Origin: Candidatus Bathyarchaeota archaeon
GTDB taxonomy: Archaea; Thermoproteota; Bathyarchaeia; Bathyarchaeales; Bathycorpusculaceae
Direction of reading: 5' to 3'
NCBI GenBank assembly: GCA_963833575.1
Contig: CAWHXY010000007.1
Coordinates: 384,001-448,000, forward strand
DNA length: 64,000 bases
Part shown: one piece after another, positions 8,854-18,335 of the stretch
Layout of the letters: each line of letters begins with the position of its first letter
How positions within the stretch are numbered: the stretch's first letter is position 1
The notes under the pieces: model-generated
The model's input: the letters and a program-made list of their open reading frames with translations, nothing else
What the model was told of the DNA's origin: nothing
Database searches by the model: none
Program-made: the position numbers and the translations under genes

Positions 8854-11800
8854 TCAGTGTATGTTAATGAATATTTTTTTGCCGTCTAATTCGGATTCAT
8901 GCCATTCTGAATCGTGTTCTTCGTCTCGGCTGTTGTGCAAATACACTTTTCTTGTTCTCACCAATCCAGCCATAACTTCCAAATATGGTTCTAAGAGAGG
9001 GATGCTTTCAGCATCTAACTCGGCAATGTGAACAGATTCTAAAACATCTGTTGGGGTGAACCCCATTTCTTTTCGGAGTGCTTGAACGCGACGGGCTAAA
9101 TCACGCATGATGCCCTCGCCTAGAAGAGTGTCGTCCCTTTGACCACTTACGAATACCGTTACTTCGTCTTCTTGGCTGGAAACCCAGTTTTCCCCTCCTA
9201 CATACTCGGGAACTTGCTCTGCGTATTCTGCTGTTTTCACGTTTATCTGTTCTAAGAATAAACCTTCGAGAGACTTGATGGCGTCTAAAGTTTTTTGTGG
9301 GGCAACAACGATTGCTTTACTCAGTGGCCAGCGACGTTTGAGTTTTCCTGTTTGTCTTGCTGCATAAGATATTGAAACAGCCTGAAGCAGAATGTCAAAT
9401 TGTTCTTCGAGGGGTTTGTTTCGGATTTTCTCGTTAGGTGTAGGCCATGAAGCAAGGTTAACTGTTTCTGGCAATTCAGGTTCCAGTTGCCTGTAAACTT
9501 TCTGATAAAGTGCCTCACAAAGGAATGGCGTGACGGGGTTGAAGAGCAATGTCACCGTTTTCAACGTGTGATGTAATAGCGCGTAGATCGTTTGGCGTCT
9601 TTCAAAGGTTTCAGGTTCGTCGGTCCAAAGTTCTTTGCGTATCATGGGGACATATAGCCTGCTTAATGTTTCAATCACGAAATCATCTAGCACCGCTACT
9701 GCAGCGTTAAATTCACACCGTTCAAGCTTACTTGTGTAATCTTCAATTTTCTCTTGCAGTTTAGACAGAAGCCAAAGGTCTGCTGGTTGAAGCCTGTTTG
9801 CCTCAAAAGCCCCTTGCATTGTGTATGTTTTAGGGTCGAACTCGTCGAAGGTAGCGTTCTCCATAAAGAACCTGCTTAAATGATAAAGCGTTGACAAGAC
9901 TTGGTATGAGCGACGGTTTAGTTCTTGCATATCAAAATTCATAAAATCAATAGGTGAGCATTTACGCATCATGTAAAAGCGGCACAGGTCAGCGGAGTTC
10001 TTCTCAAGCAGCTTGTTTGTTTCAACTACGTTTCCTAAGCTTTTGCTCATTTTTCTGCCTTTTGAATCCTGCGTTAAACCTTGAAACAGAAACGCTCTGT
10101 AGGGCGCAATTGGTTTTCCTGTTAACACCACATATTCAAGCAGTAACGAGTTTGCCCATCCGCGGGTTTGATCGATTCCTTCTGTCAAAAAGGCTGTTGG
10201 CACAAACCTTTCAACTTCCTCATCAGTGAAGCGCGCGTAAGGTGAAGCGCCACTGTTATGCCAAGTGTCCAGAACAAAGTCTTCTCGCTTCATGGATCCG
10301 CCGCATTTTTCACATTTGAAAGTGATTCTGTCAACCCAAGGTTTATGCAACTCAAAGTCTTCTGGAATCGGTTCTTGAGCATTCTCTAGCAGTTCTTTCT
10401 TGCTACCGACTATACGCTTGTTGCCACATTTTTCGCATGCCCATATGGGAAGGGGTGTACCCCAGATACGTTCTCGACTTATGCACCATGGTTTTCCTTC
10501 CTTCAAAAACCCAAGAAACCGATTTTTAGGCTCTTCAAAGAAATACTCAACTTTTCCAGCTGCCTCAAGCACTTTACTGTTTAGCTTGTCGGTGCGCAAA
10601 AAGTACTCTTTTCGTGCTAGCCAAACAAGTTTGTGGTGGGAACGCCAGCATGTTGGATATTCATGTTTGATTTTTGTCACTTTGACGAAACTGTTTTTGT
10701 TGCGCAGTTCCTCAACAACTAACATATCAGCTTCTCTTGCGAAAACACCGACAAATATTCCCGCGTCTTTGGTAAATTTTACCTCGTCATCGTAGGGAGC
10801 AAAAATGGGAACGCCTCTTCTTTGTGCTACCCAAAAATCATCTTCACCGTTTCCTGGCGAAAGATGCACTACACCAGTTGCTGTTTCAACATCAACAAAG
10901 TCTTCCGCCACAACTTTATGCACTAGAGGATGCTTGGTTTCAAGTTCAGCTTGTTTAGGAATTAAGTCTTTTAGGGGGTAATCGTAGGCCGTTCCTTCCA
11001 GGGTCTTGCCCAGCATTGTTTCGGTGACTTGATACTTAATTATTTCAAGTTCTTGCATGACAGGGTCAACACGTTGTTTCATCATTATCCATGTTTCGTC
11101 GCCGACTTTCACTTTCACGTATTCGGCATCTGGCTTAACTGCAAGCATAGTGTCGGTTATGATTGTGAAGGGCATGGTTGTCCAAATGAGGAAAAACTCG
11201 TTTTTGCTTCCTGAAACTTTGAATTTAAAATAGACAGATGGATCTTCAACTTCTTTGTAGCTGCCTTCATAACCAACTTCTGCGCTGCTTAGAGAGGTTT
11301 GGCAGCCGGGGCAATACGCTACCACATAATGTCCTTCTTCGAGGAGGTTTTGATCCCATGCACGTTTGAGAATTTGCCATTCCCGCTCAATGTAACTGTC
11401 TTTGTAGGTCCAATAAGCCTTGTCTTGATTAATGAAAACGCCGAGGTTTCCATCGGCCTCAAGCCACATGGCGTGGTAACGCATGATGGCTTTCTTGCAT
11501 TCCTCTATAAAACGTTCCATTCCATACTTCTCAATGGATTCACGTTTGTTTCTGACTCCAAGAAGCTTCTCAACCTCCAACTCCACTGGTAAGCCTTGGC
11601 AATCCCATCCAGCCCAAAAAGGCATGTAATAGCCTTCCATGGTTTTCCATCGATACCGAATATCCTTCATTATTCTACCGCGGGCATGCCCAATATGCGG
11701 GATACCGTTCAAAGTTGGTGGCCCTTCTACGTAACCTAAAATGTCTTTTGCATTTTTCTCTAAAAGCTCAAGTTTCTCTCTAATCTTGTTTTTTACCCAG

Positions 11801-11886
11801 AACTCTCGCATTTCTTTTTCTAACGCAAGCGGAGCATAATTTGTTTGTAAATTTGAGTTTGAATCGGCTTCTTTGGTGGCAGTCAC
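8854..11886 (-). CDS. ileS: isoleucine--tRNA ligase (archaeal/eukaryote type)
   Basis: GPPTLNGIPHIGH, WDCQGLPVE, WTTMPFT editing domain, WCISRERIWG, EGIDQTRGW, KMSKS. Confidence 0.97.
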   Translation of the reverse strand: MTATKEADSNSNLQTNYAPLALEKEMREFWVKNKIREKLELLEKNAKDILGYVEGPPTLNGIPHIGHARGRIMKDIRYRWKTMEGYYMPFWAGWDCQGLPVELEVEKLLGVRNKRESIEKYGMERFIEECKKAIMRYHAMWLEADGNLGVFINQDKAYWTYKDSYIEREWQILKRAWDQNLLEEGHYVVAYCPGCQTSLSSAEVGYEGSYKEVEDPSVYFKFKVSGSKNEFFLIWTTMPFTIITDTMLAVKPDAEYVKVKVGDETWIMMKQRVDPVMQELEIIKYQVTETMLGKTLEGTAYDYPLKDLIPKQAELETKHPLVHKVVAEDFVDVETATGVVHLSPGNGEDDFWVAQRRGVPIFAPYDDEVKFTKDAGIFVGVFAREADMLVVEELRNKNSFVKVTKIKHEYPTCWRSHHKLVWLARKEYFLRTDKLNSKVLEAAGKVEYFFEEPKNRFLGFLKEGKPWCISRERIWGTPLPIWACEKCGNKRIVGSKKELLENAQEPIPEDFELHKPWVDRITFKCEKCGGSMKREDFVLDTWHNSGASPYARFTDEEVERFVPTAFLTEGIDQTRGWANSLLLEYVVLTGKPIAPYRAFLFQGLTQDSKGRKMSKSLGNVVETNKLLEKNSADLCRFYMMRKCSPIDFMNFDMQELNRRSYQVLSTLYHLSRFFMENATFDEFDPKTYTMQGAFEANRLQPADLWLLSKLQEKIEDYTSKLERCEFNAAVAVLDDFVIETLSRLYVPMIRKELWTDEPETFERRQTIYALLHHTLKTVTLLFNPVTPFLCEALYQKVYRQLEPELPETVNLASWPTPNEKIRNKPLEEQFDILLQAVSISYAARQTGKLKRRWPLSKAIVVAPQKTLDAIKSLEGLFLEQINVKTAEYAEQVPEYVGGENWVSSQEDEVTVFVSGQRDDTLLGEGIMRDLARRVQALRKEMGFTPTDVLESVHIAELDAESIPLLEPYLEVMAGLVRTRKVYLHNSRDEEHDSEWHESELDGKKIFINIH

Positions 11887-12071
11887 TTTTCATCCCGTAC
11901 CGCAAAATAGGCTAAAAGACTATATAAAAGTATTAAGGATACAAAATCGATTGCCCTGAAGGTATTAACTTATTTTCTGTTCTTAAAAACTTGCATTAAT
12001 TAAAAATCTCTAACAAACTAACTTATATGTAAAAATAAGTTAACAATAGCTAACTAATAGGAAGTGCGCAA

Positions 12072-13262
12072 ATGGATAAGTTTCGGTTAGCCGTCTTCAA
12101 CACTCAGCCGCCTCACCTGTACTTTGGAGGTGTAGAAAGACGTATAATCGAAACTACAAAACGGCTCAGCAGCCAAGCAGAGATTACAGTTTATAGCGGC
12201 ACCAAAGCAGGCTTCAAACAACCCACCATAATTAATGACATAAGTTTGGTTCCGCTTTATTCAACAGACAGAATCTTCCCTTTAGACAACTGGTTCTTCA
12301 ACAGAACCCTGTCAAAAAAAGGCGGTGCTATCAAAGCTAATGTTTTTGAGGCGCATGCAGTAAGCGGCTATGGATTAATCAAAACGCTGAACGAACAAGG
12401 CAACAAAAAACCATTCATCCACACAATTCACGGCGTGCTCGCTGACGAATACGAACAGGCGAAGAAAAACGGTTATGACTCACTCAGAGGCAGGATTGCG
12501 AATTATTTTATGGCAAGGCTTGCCAAACAAGAAGCTGAAACAGCAAAAAACGCAACGTTAATTGTAACAATAAGCAGGTATTCGCTTGAGAAAATGAAGC
12601 ACTTCTACAATGTTGATGAATGGAAAGTTCGGATTGTTCCAAACGGCGTTGACACAGAAAAATTTAAACCCCTGTTAGATAGAGATGCGGCAAAAAGACA
12701 ATTCGGACTACGGAATGAGCCTTGCGTGCTTTTTGTCGGCAGTTTAATCCGCAGAAAGGGATTACCTTTCCTAGTTGAAGCCGCAAAAAAAATAGTCAAA
12801 GAACAACCCGAAACACAATTTCTAATTGCCGGCGAAGGACCACTAAGAAACAAGTGGGAAAAGTCTATTGGCTCAGCAAATCTTTCTAGGAACTTCAAGT
12901 TTTTAGGCAAACTCAATGACGAGAAACTACCAGCCTTATATGGATGCGCTGACGTTTTTGCATTGCCATCAATTCAGGAAGGCCAAGGAATAGTGCTACT
13001 TGAAGCGCAAGCCTGCGCTAAACCGGTAGTGGCTTTTAACATTGGCGGAGTTAACGAAGCTGTTCGAAACGGAGAAACTGGTTTGCTTGTTAAGTTGGGC
13101 GACACTGAAGAGTTTGCAGATGCACTGTTGAAACTCATTTCAGATAAGGTTCTACAACAAAAGATGGGAGCTGTGGGACGCAGGTTTGTGGTGGAAAACT
13201 TTACGTGGGATATTTGTGCTCAAAAAATGCTGAGAGTTTACCATGAAGCTTTGTCAGCATGA
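12072..13262 (+). CDS. glycosyltransferase family 4 (GT-B)
   Basis: GGVERR, HTIHG, VPNGVD, FVGSL..RKG, EGQGIVLLEAQACAKPVV. Confidence 0.93.
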   Translation: MDKFRLAVFNTQPPHLYFGGVERRIIETTKRLSSQAEITVYSGTKAGFKQPTIINDISLVPLYSTDRIFPLDNWFFNRTLSKKGGAIKANVFEAHAVSGYGLIKTLNEQGNKKPFIHTIHGVLADEYEQAKKNGYDSLRGRIANYFMARLAKQEAETAKNATLIVTISRYSLEKMKHFYNVDEWKVRIVPNGVDTEKFKPLLDRDAAKRQFGLRNEPCVLFVGSLIRRKGLPFLVEAAKKIVKEQPETQFLIAGEGPLRNKWEKSIGSANLSRNFKFLGKLNDEKLPALYGCADVFALPSIQEGQGIVLLEAQACAKPVVAFNIGGVNEAVRNGETGLLVKLGDTEEFADALLKLISDKVLQQKMGAVGRRFVVENFTWDICAQKMLRVYHEALSA

Positions 13263-13778
13263 AACGTTTATTGACTTTGCCAGGCGCTTAAAGTCATAAT
13301 CGCTCATCCATTCAGTTCTCAGGTAGCAACAAATTCGCTCTTCACTTAGTCCAATACGTCTTGCTTCTTGAATGCAATAACCGTAAGCTTCAATTTCGGT
13401 GGGGCGATCCACATAATCATACTTTGGGTCAAAGAGTTCTTTTCCCTCCATAAACTGCTTAACGTGGCAAAGCTCATGAATCAAGTCAAGATAAATGTCT
13501 GTTTTGTCGCCATTGTTGAGGTAGCCTTTGCTAATGACAAGGTGTCCATCTGAACCGTCCACATACATGTAGCCAAAAACCCAGCTGATCTCAACTGTTA
13601 AGTGGCTAAGAACTTCATGGGTCTTCTCACCGAAAATTCCTTTTACTGCTTCAACTTTCTCGAAGCTTTTGAAATACTCGGAGAAAATTACTTTCCGATT
13701 TCCAAAGCCAAGTATGTTAATTGGAAGTTTCCTGAATAAGCGCAATATCCTAAACATTGCGAACTCCATTGCCGTCAA
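13254..13778 (-). CDS. hypothetical protein with HExxH zincin-like motif
   Basis: LIHELCHVKQ followed by PTEIEAY; start codon uncertain. Confidence 0.7.
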   Translation of the reverse strand: MTAMEFAMFRILRLFRKLPINILGFGNRKVIFSEYFKSFEKVEAVKGIFGEKTHEVLSHLTVEISWVFGYMYVDGSDGHLVISKGYLNNGDKTDIYLDLIHELCHVKQFMEGKELFDPKYDYVDRPTEIEAYGYCIQEARRIGLSEERICCYLRTEWMSDYDFKRLAKSINVSC

Positions 13779-13793
13779 AGCCTACACTAACTC

Positions 13794-15158
13794 CTACTTG
13801 AAAGATGATAGATACTCAAGTTTCATCCCACGATGGGCTAAGTCTGGGAGGTCATCTACGCTACCTATGCTGGCGTCGATATTGCGGTGGATTGGGTGGC
13901 TCCATATGCCTCCGGGTGCAAGGTTAAACTGCAAGGGAACATCTACTTTTATGCCGTATCTTTCAGTCAGATTTTTAATTAATTTTCCCTCTCGGCAGGC
14001 TATGCGGCCAGATTTGTAACTCTGAAGAAGCTGTGGAGCTGCAAAGGCGCCTACACCATGCCAAACTGTCGCGTCCTCTGGGGAACCTATCGAGTATAAG
14101 AAGAATTGGGGGGAAGAGGGTGTTTCAGAAAAACTGTAATCAGATAGTTTTTCGCCAGGCACTGTGAAGTTGTCATCACAAATTGCAACGGCTATGTCTT
14201 CGGGATCCATGGCGTTAGGGTAAAGTTTGGTGGTTTTGTATTTGACAGTTGCATCAAGCAATTTCCCGTTTTCAAAGTGTAGTTTTCCGCGGGCAGCCCG
14301 TTTAGAACCAAACCCCTTTCTTGAATGCGGTATCGTCAAAAGCGTGGTGCGTTTACTCATGCTGCGCCCCATGCAGGTGTACGCCTCCTCGATTGATGCA
14401 TAATCGCGGTTACTTTCTTGAATTATGTAATGCAGCAAACCGTCTTTATTCTCTGTTTTCAAGGTTGAAAGTGGCATCCGCAATGTGTAGAGCGAAAGGT
14501 CCATTCCAAAGAATGCAGACAAATCGTTCAGCTGGCCGTATTTGATGGAATCTACGAGGTCAAGGTATGAACCGTTGCTGTCTCTGAGGCTTTCTGTGAT
14601 GAGCGTGCCTTCTTTTTGTGATATTAAGCTGCCATCATATTTTTTGAGGTATACTTCGTCGATTTTGAGCTGGTCAGTTTTGACGTTAGCTGCTGGAAAC
14701 GCACTTTGTCCACTATCCACGATTGATTGTTTAAGTGGATTCATCGAGTAACGGTCCGGCTCTACATCATCCGTGTTTAAAAGAAAAGGCACTATGTAGC
14801 CTTGCGTGGGCTTTTTCAGCAATTCTGCAAGCGAAATTATGTCTCCCGCGTCTGGCTCATGCAAACCACGCTCATAAAAATAGTTGGCGCAAGTTTCAAG
14901 CAGCCGAGTACCGACTATCCCTTGAACTTCCTCAACTGTCAACTGTGGATTAGTATATTCAACTGAGCCTCGCAAAAAAAACCGTTCATCACAAAAGGGA
15001 AAAGAAACTTTTTTGCCGTTAACATAACGGAACAATGTAACTTTTCGGTTGCTATTTTGGCCCTTCGAAGAAGCGGCTCCTTCAACTAAAGTCTTAACTG
15101 TTGAAAAAGAAGTCTTCAAAAAATCCTCTAGCAGAAATTTGCAGTAATCTTCACTCAT
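13794..15158 (-). CDS. hypothetical protein, 454 aa
   Basis: Long ORF spaced 5 and 15 nt from its neighbours; no recognised family. Confidence 0.8.
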   Translation of the reverse strand: MSEDYCKFLLEDFLKTSFSTVKTLVEGAASSKGQNSNRKVTLFRYVNGKKVSFPFCDERFFLRGSVEYTNPQLTVEEVQGIVGTRLLETCANYFYERGLHEPDAGDIISLAELLKKPTQGYIVPFLLNTDDVEPDRYSMNPLKQSIVDSGQSAFPAANVKTDQLKIDEVYLKKYDGSLISQKEGTLITESLRDSNGSYLDLVDSIKYGQLNDLSAFFGMDLSLYTLRMPLSTLKTENKDGLLHYIIQESNRDYASIEEAYTCMGRSMSKRTTLLTIPHSRKGFGSKRAARGKLHFENGKLLDATVKYKTTKLYPNAMDPEDIAVAICDDNFTVPGEKLSDYSFSETPSSPQFFLYSIGSPEDATVWHGVGAFAAPQLLQSYKSGRIACREGKLIKNLTERYGIKVDVPLQFNLAPGGIWSHPIHRNIDASIGSVDDLPDLAHRGMKLEYLSSFK

Positions 15159-15163
15159 AAATT

Positions 15164-16003
15164 CTAACCTCTTTCTAAAGATTCAGCCAAGTATATACAA
15201 TTTTTTGCGGTATTTGGACCTAAAAACATTCTAACAACAGAAAAATCTTCCTTAAAACCAACTTCAAGAAGCATATCAATGAGAGCGCGTTCCTTTTTTG
15301 GTAGCGCCAAGAAAACGCTTTTGCCATTCAATTTTGCTAGAACCGATTTCAAAAGCAAATTTGCAACATCGACTTTGCCTTCTTGGCAGACCAATGGTCC
15401 AACCCAAGCCATTTTCTCATAAACAGTGGAGGCAACGTATCCAACAACTTTTTCGCTCTCCGACACATAGTGGCATAAATTTCCTTCTTCATAAATGATT
15501 GCTCTTAAGAGTTTTTTTCTGTCGCCACCAAACCATGTGCTGTCAAACTTAATTATTGATTGAACTGCAGTTGCGGTAGGTTGAGGCAGAGTCTCGGCAG
15601 GCATTGATTGAAGTGTTTCTACGCTCAATATAGAAAAGTCTTCATCCACTTTGAAGCCTAGGCGTCCATAAAAGTCAAGAAGGTCGGGGTAAGCGTAGAG
15701 CCCAATGGTTTTGACTCCTCTGCTTTGCAAATAATCAACAGCTCGCTTAACAAGTAGACTTCCAGCTCCTTTACTCCGGCATTTTTCTTTAACAATTAAG
15801 TTGCCGAACCAGCCGACCTTGCCAAAACTGATACACGTTGCTATACCAATCCGTTCAGAACCGTCAAAAAGAACAAAACATCCTTGAGGCTCAAGATCAA
15901 ACATATACTCAAAGTCTTCAGCAGCCATATTCCAATTCATCGTATTCGCTAATTTTGTTGCAAAAGGAAAATCAGCTGCGCTCATAGCTTTGACTTGAAA
16001 CAT
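15164..16003 (-). CDS. GNAT N-acetyltransferase (tandem GNAT, YitH-like)
   Basis: GWFGNLIV..RSKGAGSLL..FYGRLGF motif A; second domain WVGPLV; ends ESLERG. Confidence 0.9.
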   Translation of the reverse strand: MFQVKAMSAADFPFATKLANTMNWNMAAEDFEYMFDLEPQGCFVLFDGSERIGIATCISFGKVGWFGNLIVKEKCRSKGAGSLLVKRAVDYLQSRGVKTIGLYAYPDLLDFYGRLGFKVDEDFSILSVETLQSMPAETLPQPTATAVQSIIKFDSTWFGGDRKKLLRAIIYEEGNLCHYVSESEKVVGYVASTVYEKMAWVGPLVCQEGKVDVANLLLKSVLAKLNGKSVFLALPKKERALIDMLLEVGFKEDFSVVRMFLGPNTAKNCIYLAESLERG

Positions 16004-16097
16004 AAAAAATAAACAGTAAACTCTAAGAATTTAAGGATTTGAATATCGACACGTTTTAAAGATGTAACAGTTTCAGCCAAGCAAATAAAAAAGGAAG

Positions 16098-16631
16098 TTA
16101 TTGCCCAGCGGAAAGTGCTGCGGAGAGAGCGTCGGAGCTTTTCTGTATTTCTTTTGTCACACTTGAAAGCATTTTTATTCTATTCTCTAATTTTCGTTTC
16201 TGTTGGCTTGTTAGGTTTTTGAATTTTGGCATAATGTCCTCAACAACAGCTGCTAACAGATCACGGTTTTTTTCTTCGCTCAAGTTTTTGAGTTCTAGGT
16301 GACCGTCGACAAACTGTAATATTAGGTGTCCTGTTGGATCAACGTAGGCTTGAGCTACGTCTCCCAGTTTGGATGGCAATACGAGTTGATTTACTGCTAT
16401 TGAAGGTGATAGGGGCTGCATGAGTTTGAGGAGTGAGGAGAAAAATTGAGTAATTAGAATTTTTTCTTCGGAGCTTAGTTCGCTTATTTGGCCAATGTCG
16501 TCTGCCGTGCTTTTTAATGAGTCGACAAGTTCTTGAAGGGTCACTTGCTTCTTCTTTTCAATTGACGCTGGCTGTGTAGAAGTTAAGACTTCTGTTGGCG
16601 ACTTTACTACTTCTTGAGTCATGTGGATCAA
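16098..16631 (-). CDS. hypothetical coiled-coil protein
   Basis: 177-aa helical ORF divergent from the AAA+ gene. Confidence 0.75.
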   Translation of the reverse strand: MIHMTQEVVKSPTEVLTSTQPASIEKKKQVTLQELVDSLKSTADDIGQISELSSEEKILITQFFSSLLKLMQPLSPSIAVNQLVLPSKLGDVAQAYVDPTGHLILQFVDGHLELKNLSEEKNRDLLAAVVEDIMPKFKNLTSQQKRKLENRIKMLSSVTKEIQKSSDALSAALSAGQ

Positions 16632-16888
16632 TTGGAGATAGCGTTCTCAAAACAGAAAAGGGCTTGTATGTCTCAAAATTCATGCACAGAAGTTTGAGTT
16701 TACTAATTATGATGTTTCAGCTAAAAACTAAATTACGTAAATATCCTAAAAAACAAAAAGCTGAAGAAGTAGCGCGCTAGCTCTTAATGATCAGTTGTAA
16801 TTTTCTCGGTTGTTCGTTTTCCCTCTTCTAACCCATATTTTCTCAAGATTTAATACACCGCACAATAAAGGTTTTAAGGAACATCAGC

Positions 16889-16927
16889 CGTCAAGTTCGT
16901 CAGATTCGTCAAATACGTCAAATACGT
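16889..16927. repeat. four tandem 9-bp direct repeats CGTCA(A/G)(A/G)T(A/T) in divergent promoter region
   Basis: cgtcaagtt cgtcagatt cgtcaaata cgtcaaata cgt. Confidence 0.7.
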
Positions 16928-17294
16928 GTATTGCTCTATTGTTTTACGGGCAAAAAAGGTGAATAGTAGTTGATAGCAAATGAAGGAGTATCTGACGAGA
17001 AAGAAATATCAACTGATTGAGATAGCAAAAACTCCGAGAAAGAAGATTTTGTACTTGATGCGATGCTCCTATGTATCGTTGTAACATAAAAAAAACACTA
17101 TATCAACAAACAACAAATCTACAAGAAAAACAGTAAGTTATACATAGAAACGTACAAGGTGCATCCAAGTTAGACCTGAAAGTTTCTTTCCTAAATCCAA
17201 TACATGGAACGAATGGATGGCATATCTCAAGTAGTAATTCATAAGATTTATGTATCACAAACCGAACCTCAATATATCTTGGAGGCGGCACTTA

Positions 17295-18320
17295 ATGAGT
17301 TACGGGCATCAAGGGTTAAAAGAAAAAGCTGAAGCAAGCAGGATTCAAGAGGTTTCATCTCTTAAAGAAGATAAATTCAAGGTAACCGTGTCGCTTGACA
17401 AAGAGCGACCGATGTCCAAATGTCCGTTGTACGAAAAATACAACATTCAAAGATATGACCTCCACCCAAATTTTAGTTTTGCTCATTTGGATGACATGAT
17501 TCCGAAGGGTACACCAGAGTACCTTGATCACGGACTTAATTATGTAGAGCGGATTGTACGTGCTCTCTATTATTTCAAGCAGTGTAGCTTAATTGGACCT
17601 TCAGGAACAGGTAAAACGCACATCGTCTACCTAGTCGCTGAATTGACGGGCTTGCCAATTTGGGAAGTAAACTGCGGCTTATCAACTTCTTCATTTGATC
17701 TTATCGGACGATTCATAGGTTTAGGCAAAGAAAACTGGGTAGACGGCTTGCTAACTCAGTGGCTAAGAAAAGGTGGCATAATGTACCTTGACGAAGCCAA
17801 CATGATGAAGCAGGATGTTGCCACTAGACTCAACCCTGTCCTGGACACAAGGGGACATCTTGTTCTAAACGAGAAAGATAGCGAAGTAATCGAACGTCAC
17901 AAATACGGTTACATGATCATCAGCATGAACCCTGCCACCGCTGAATTCTCAGGCACAAAACCCCTAAACGCTGCCATGAGGAGACGCATGGCCGTATGGA
18001 TAAACTTTGACTTCTTAAGCGTCGGTGAAACAATCTCACCTCATGAAGTAGAAATGTTACGCAAAAGAACCAAAGTTGACCAAGATACAGCATACCAAAT
18101 CATTCAAGCAGGTGCTGAGTTAAGAAGACAATACAAAGCTGGCGACTTACCTTATGGTCCATCACTGGGAGACTTGATTAACTGGGCCACATTGGTCAAA
18201 GATGGAAACACTCCAATAGGAGCAGCGGAAGAGACAATTATTGGATTAACCAGCGACAACGTTGAAGTCCAATCTGATGTTCGCAGAATTATAGAGGCAG
18301 TCTTCAACAAATTACAGTAA
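17295..18320 (+). CDS. MoxR-family AAA+ ATPase, CbbQ/NirQ/NorQ type
   Basis: Walker A GPSGTGKT, Walker B YLDEAN, SMNP, PLNAAMRRR; GGAGG before ATG 17295. Confidence 0.92.
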   Translation: MSYGHQGLKEKAEASRIQEVSSLKEDKFKVTVSLDKERPMSKCPLYEKYNIQRYDLHPNFSFAHLDDMIPKGTPEYLDHGLNYVERIVRALYYFKQCSLIGPSGTGKTHIVYLVAELTGLPIWEVNCGLSTSSFDLIGRFIGLGKENWVDGLLTQWLRKGGIMYLDEANMMKQDVATRLNPVLDTRGHLVLNEKDSEVIERHKYGYMIISMNPATAEFSGTKPLNAAMRRRMAVWINFDFLSVGETISPHEVEMLRKRTKVDQDTAYQIIQAGAELRRQYKAGDLPYGPSLGDLINWATLVKDGNTPIGAAEETIIGLTSDNVEVQSDVRRIIEAVFNKLQ

Positions 18321-18335
18321 TTTGGAGTCATATCC

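Noticed and set aside
16889-16927. CRISPR array
   Set aside because: 9-bp units with no spacers; no CRISPR repeats or cas genes seen in the window
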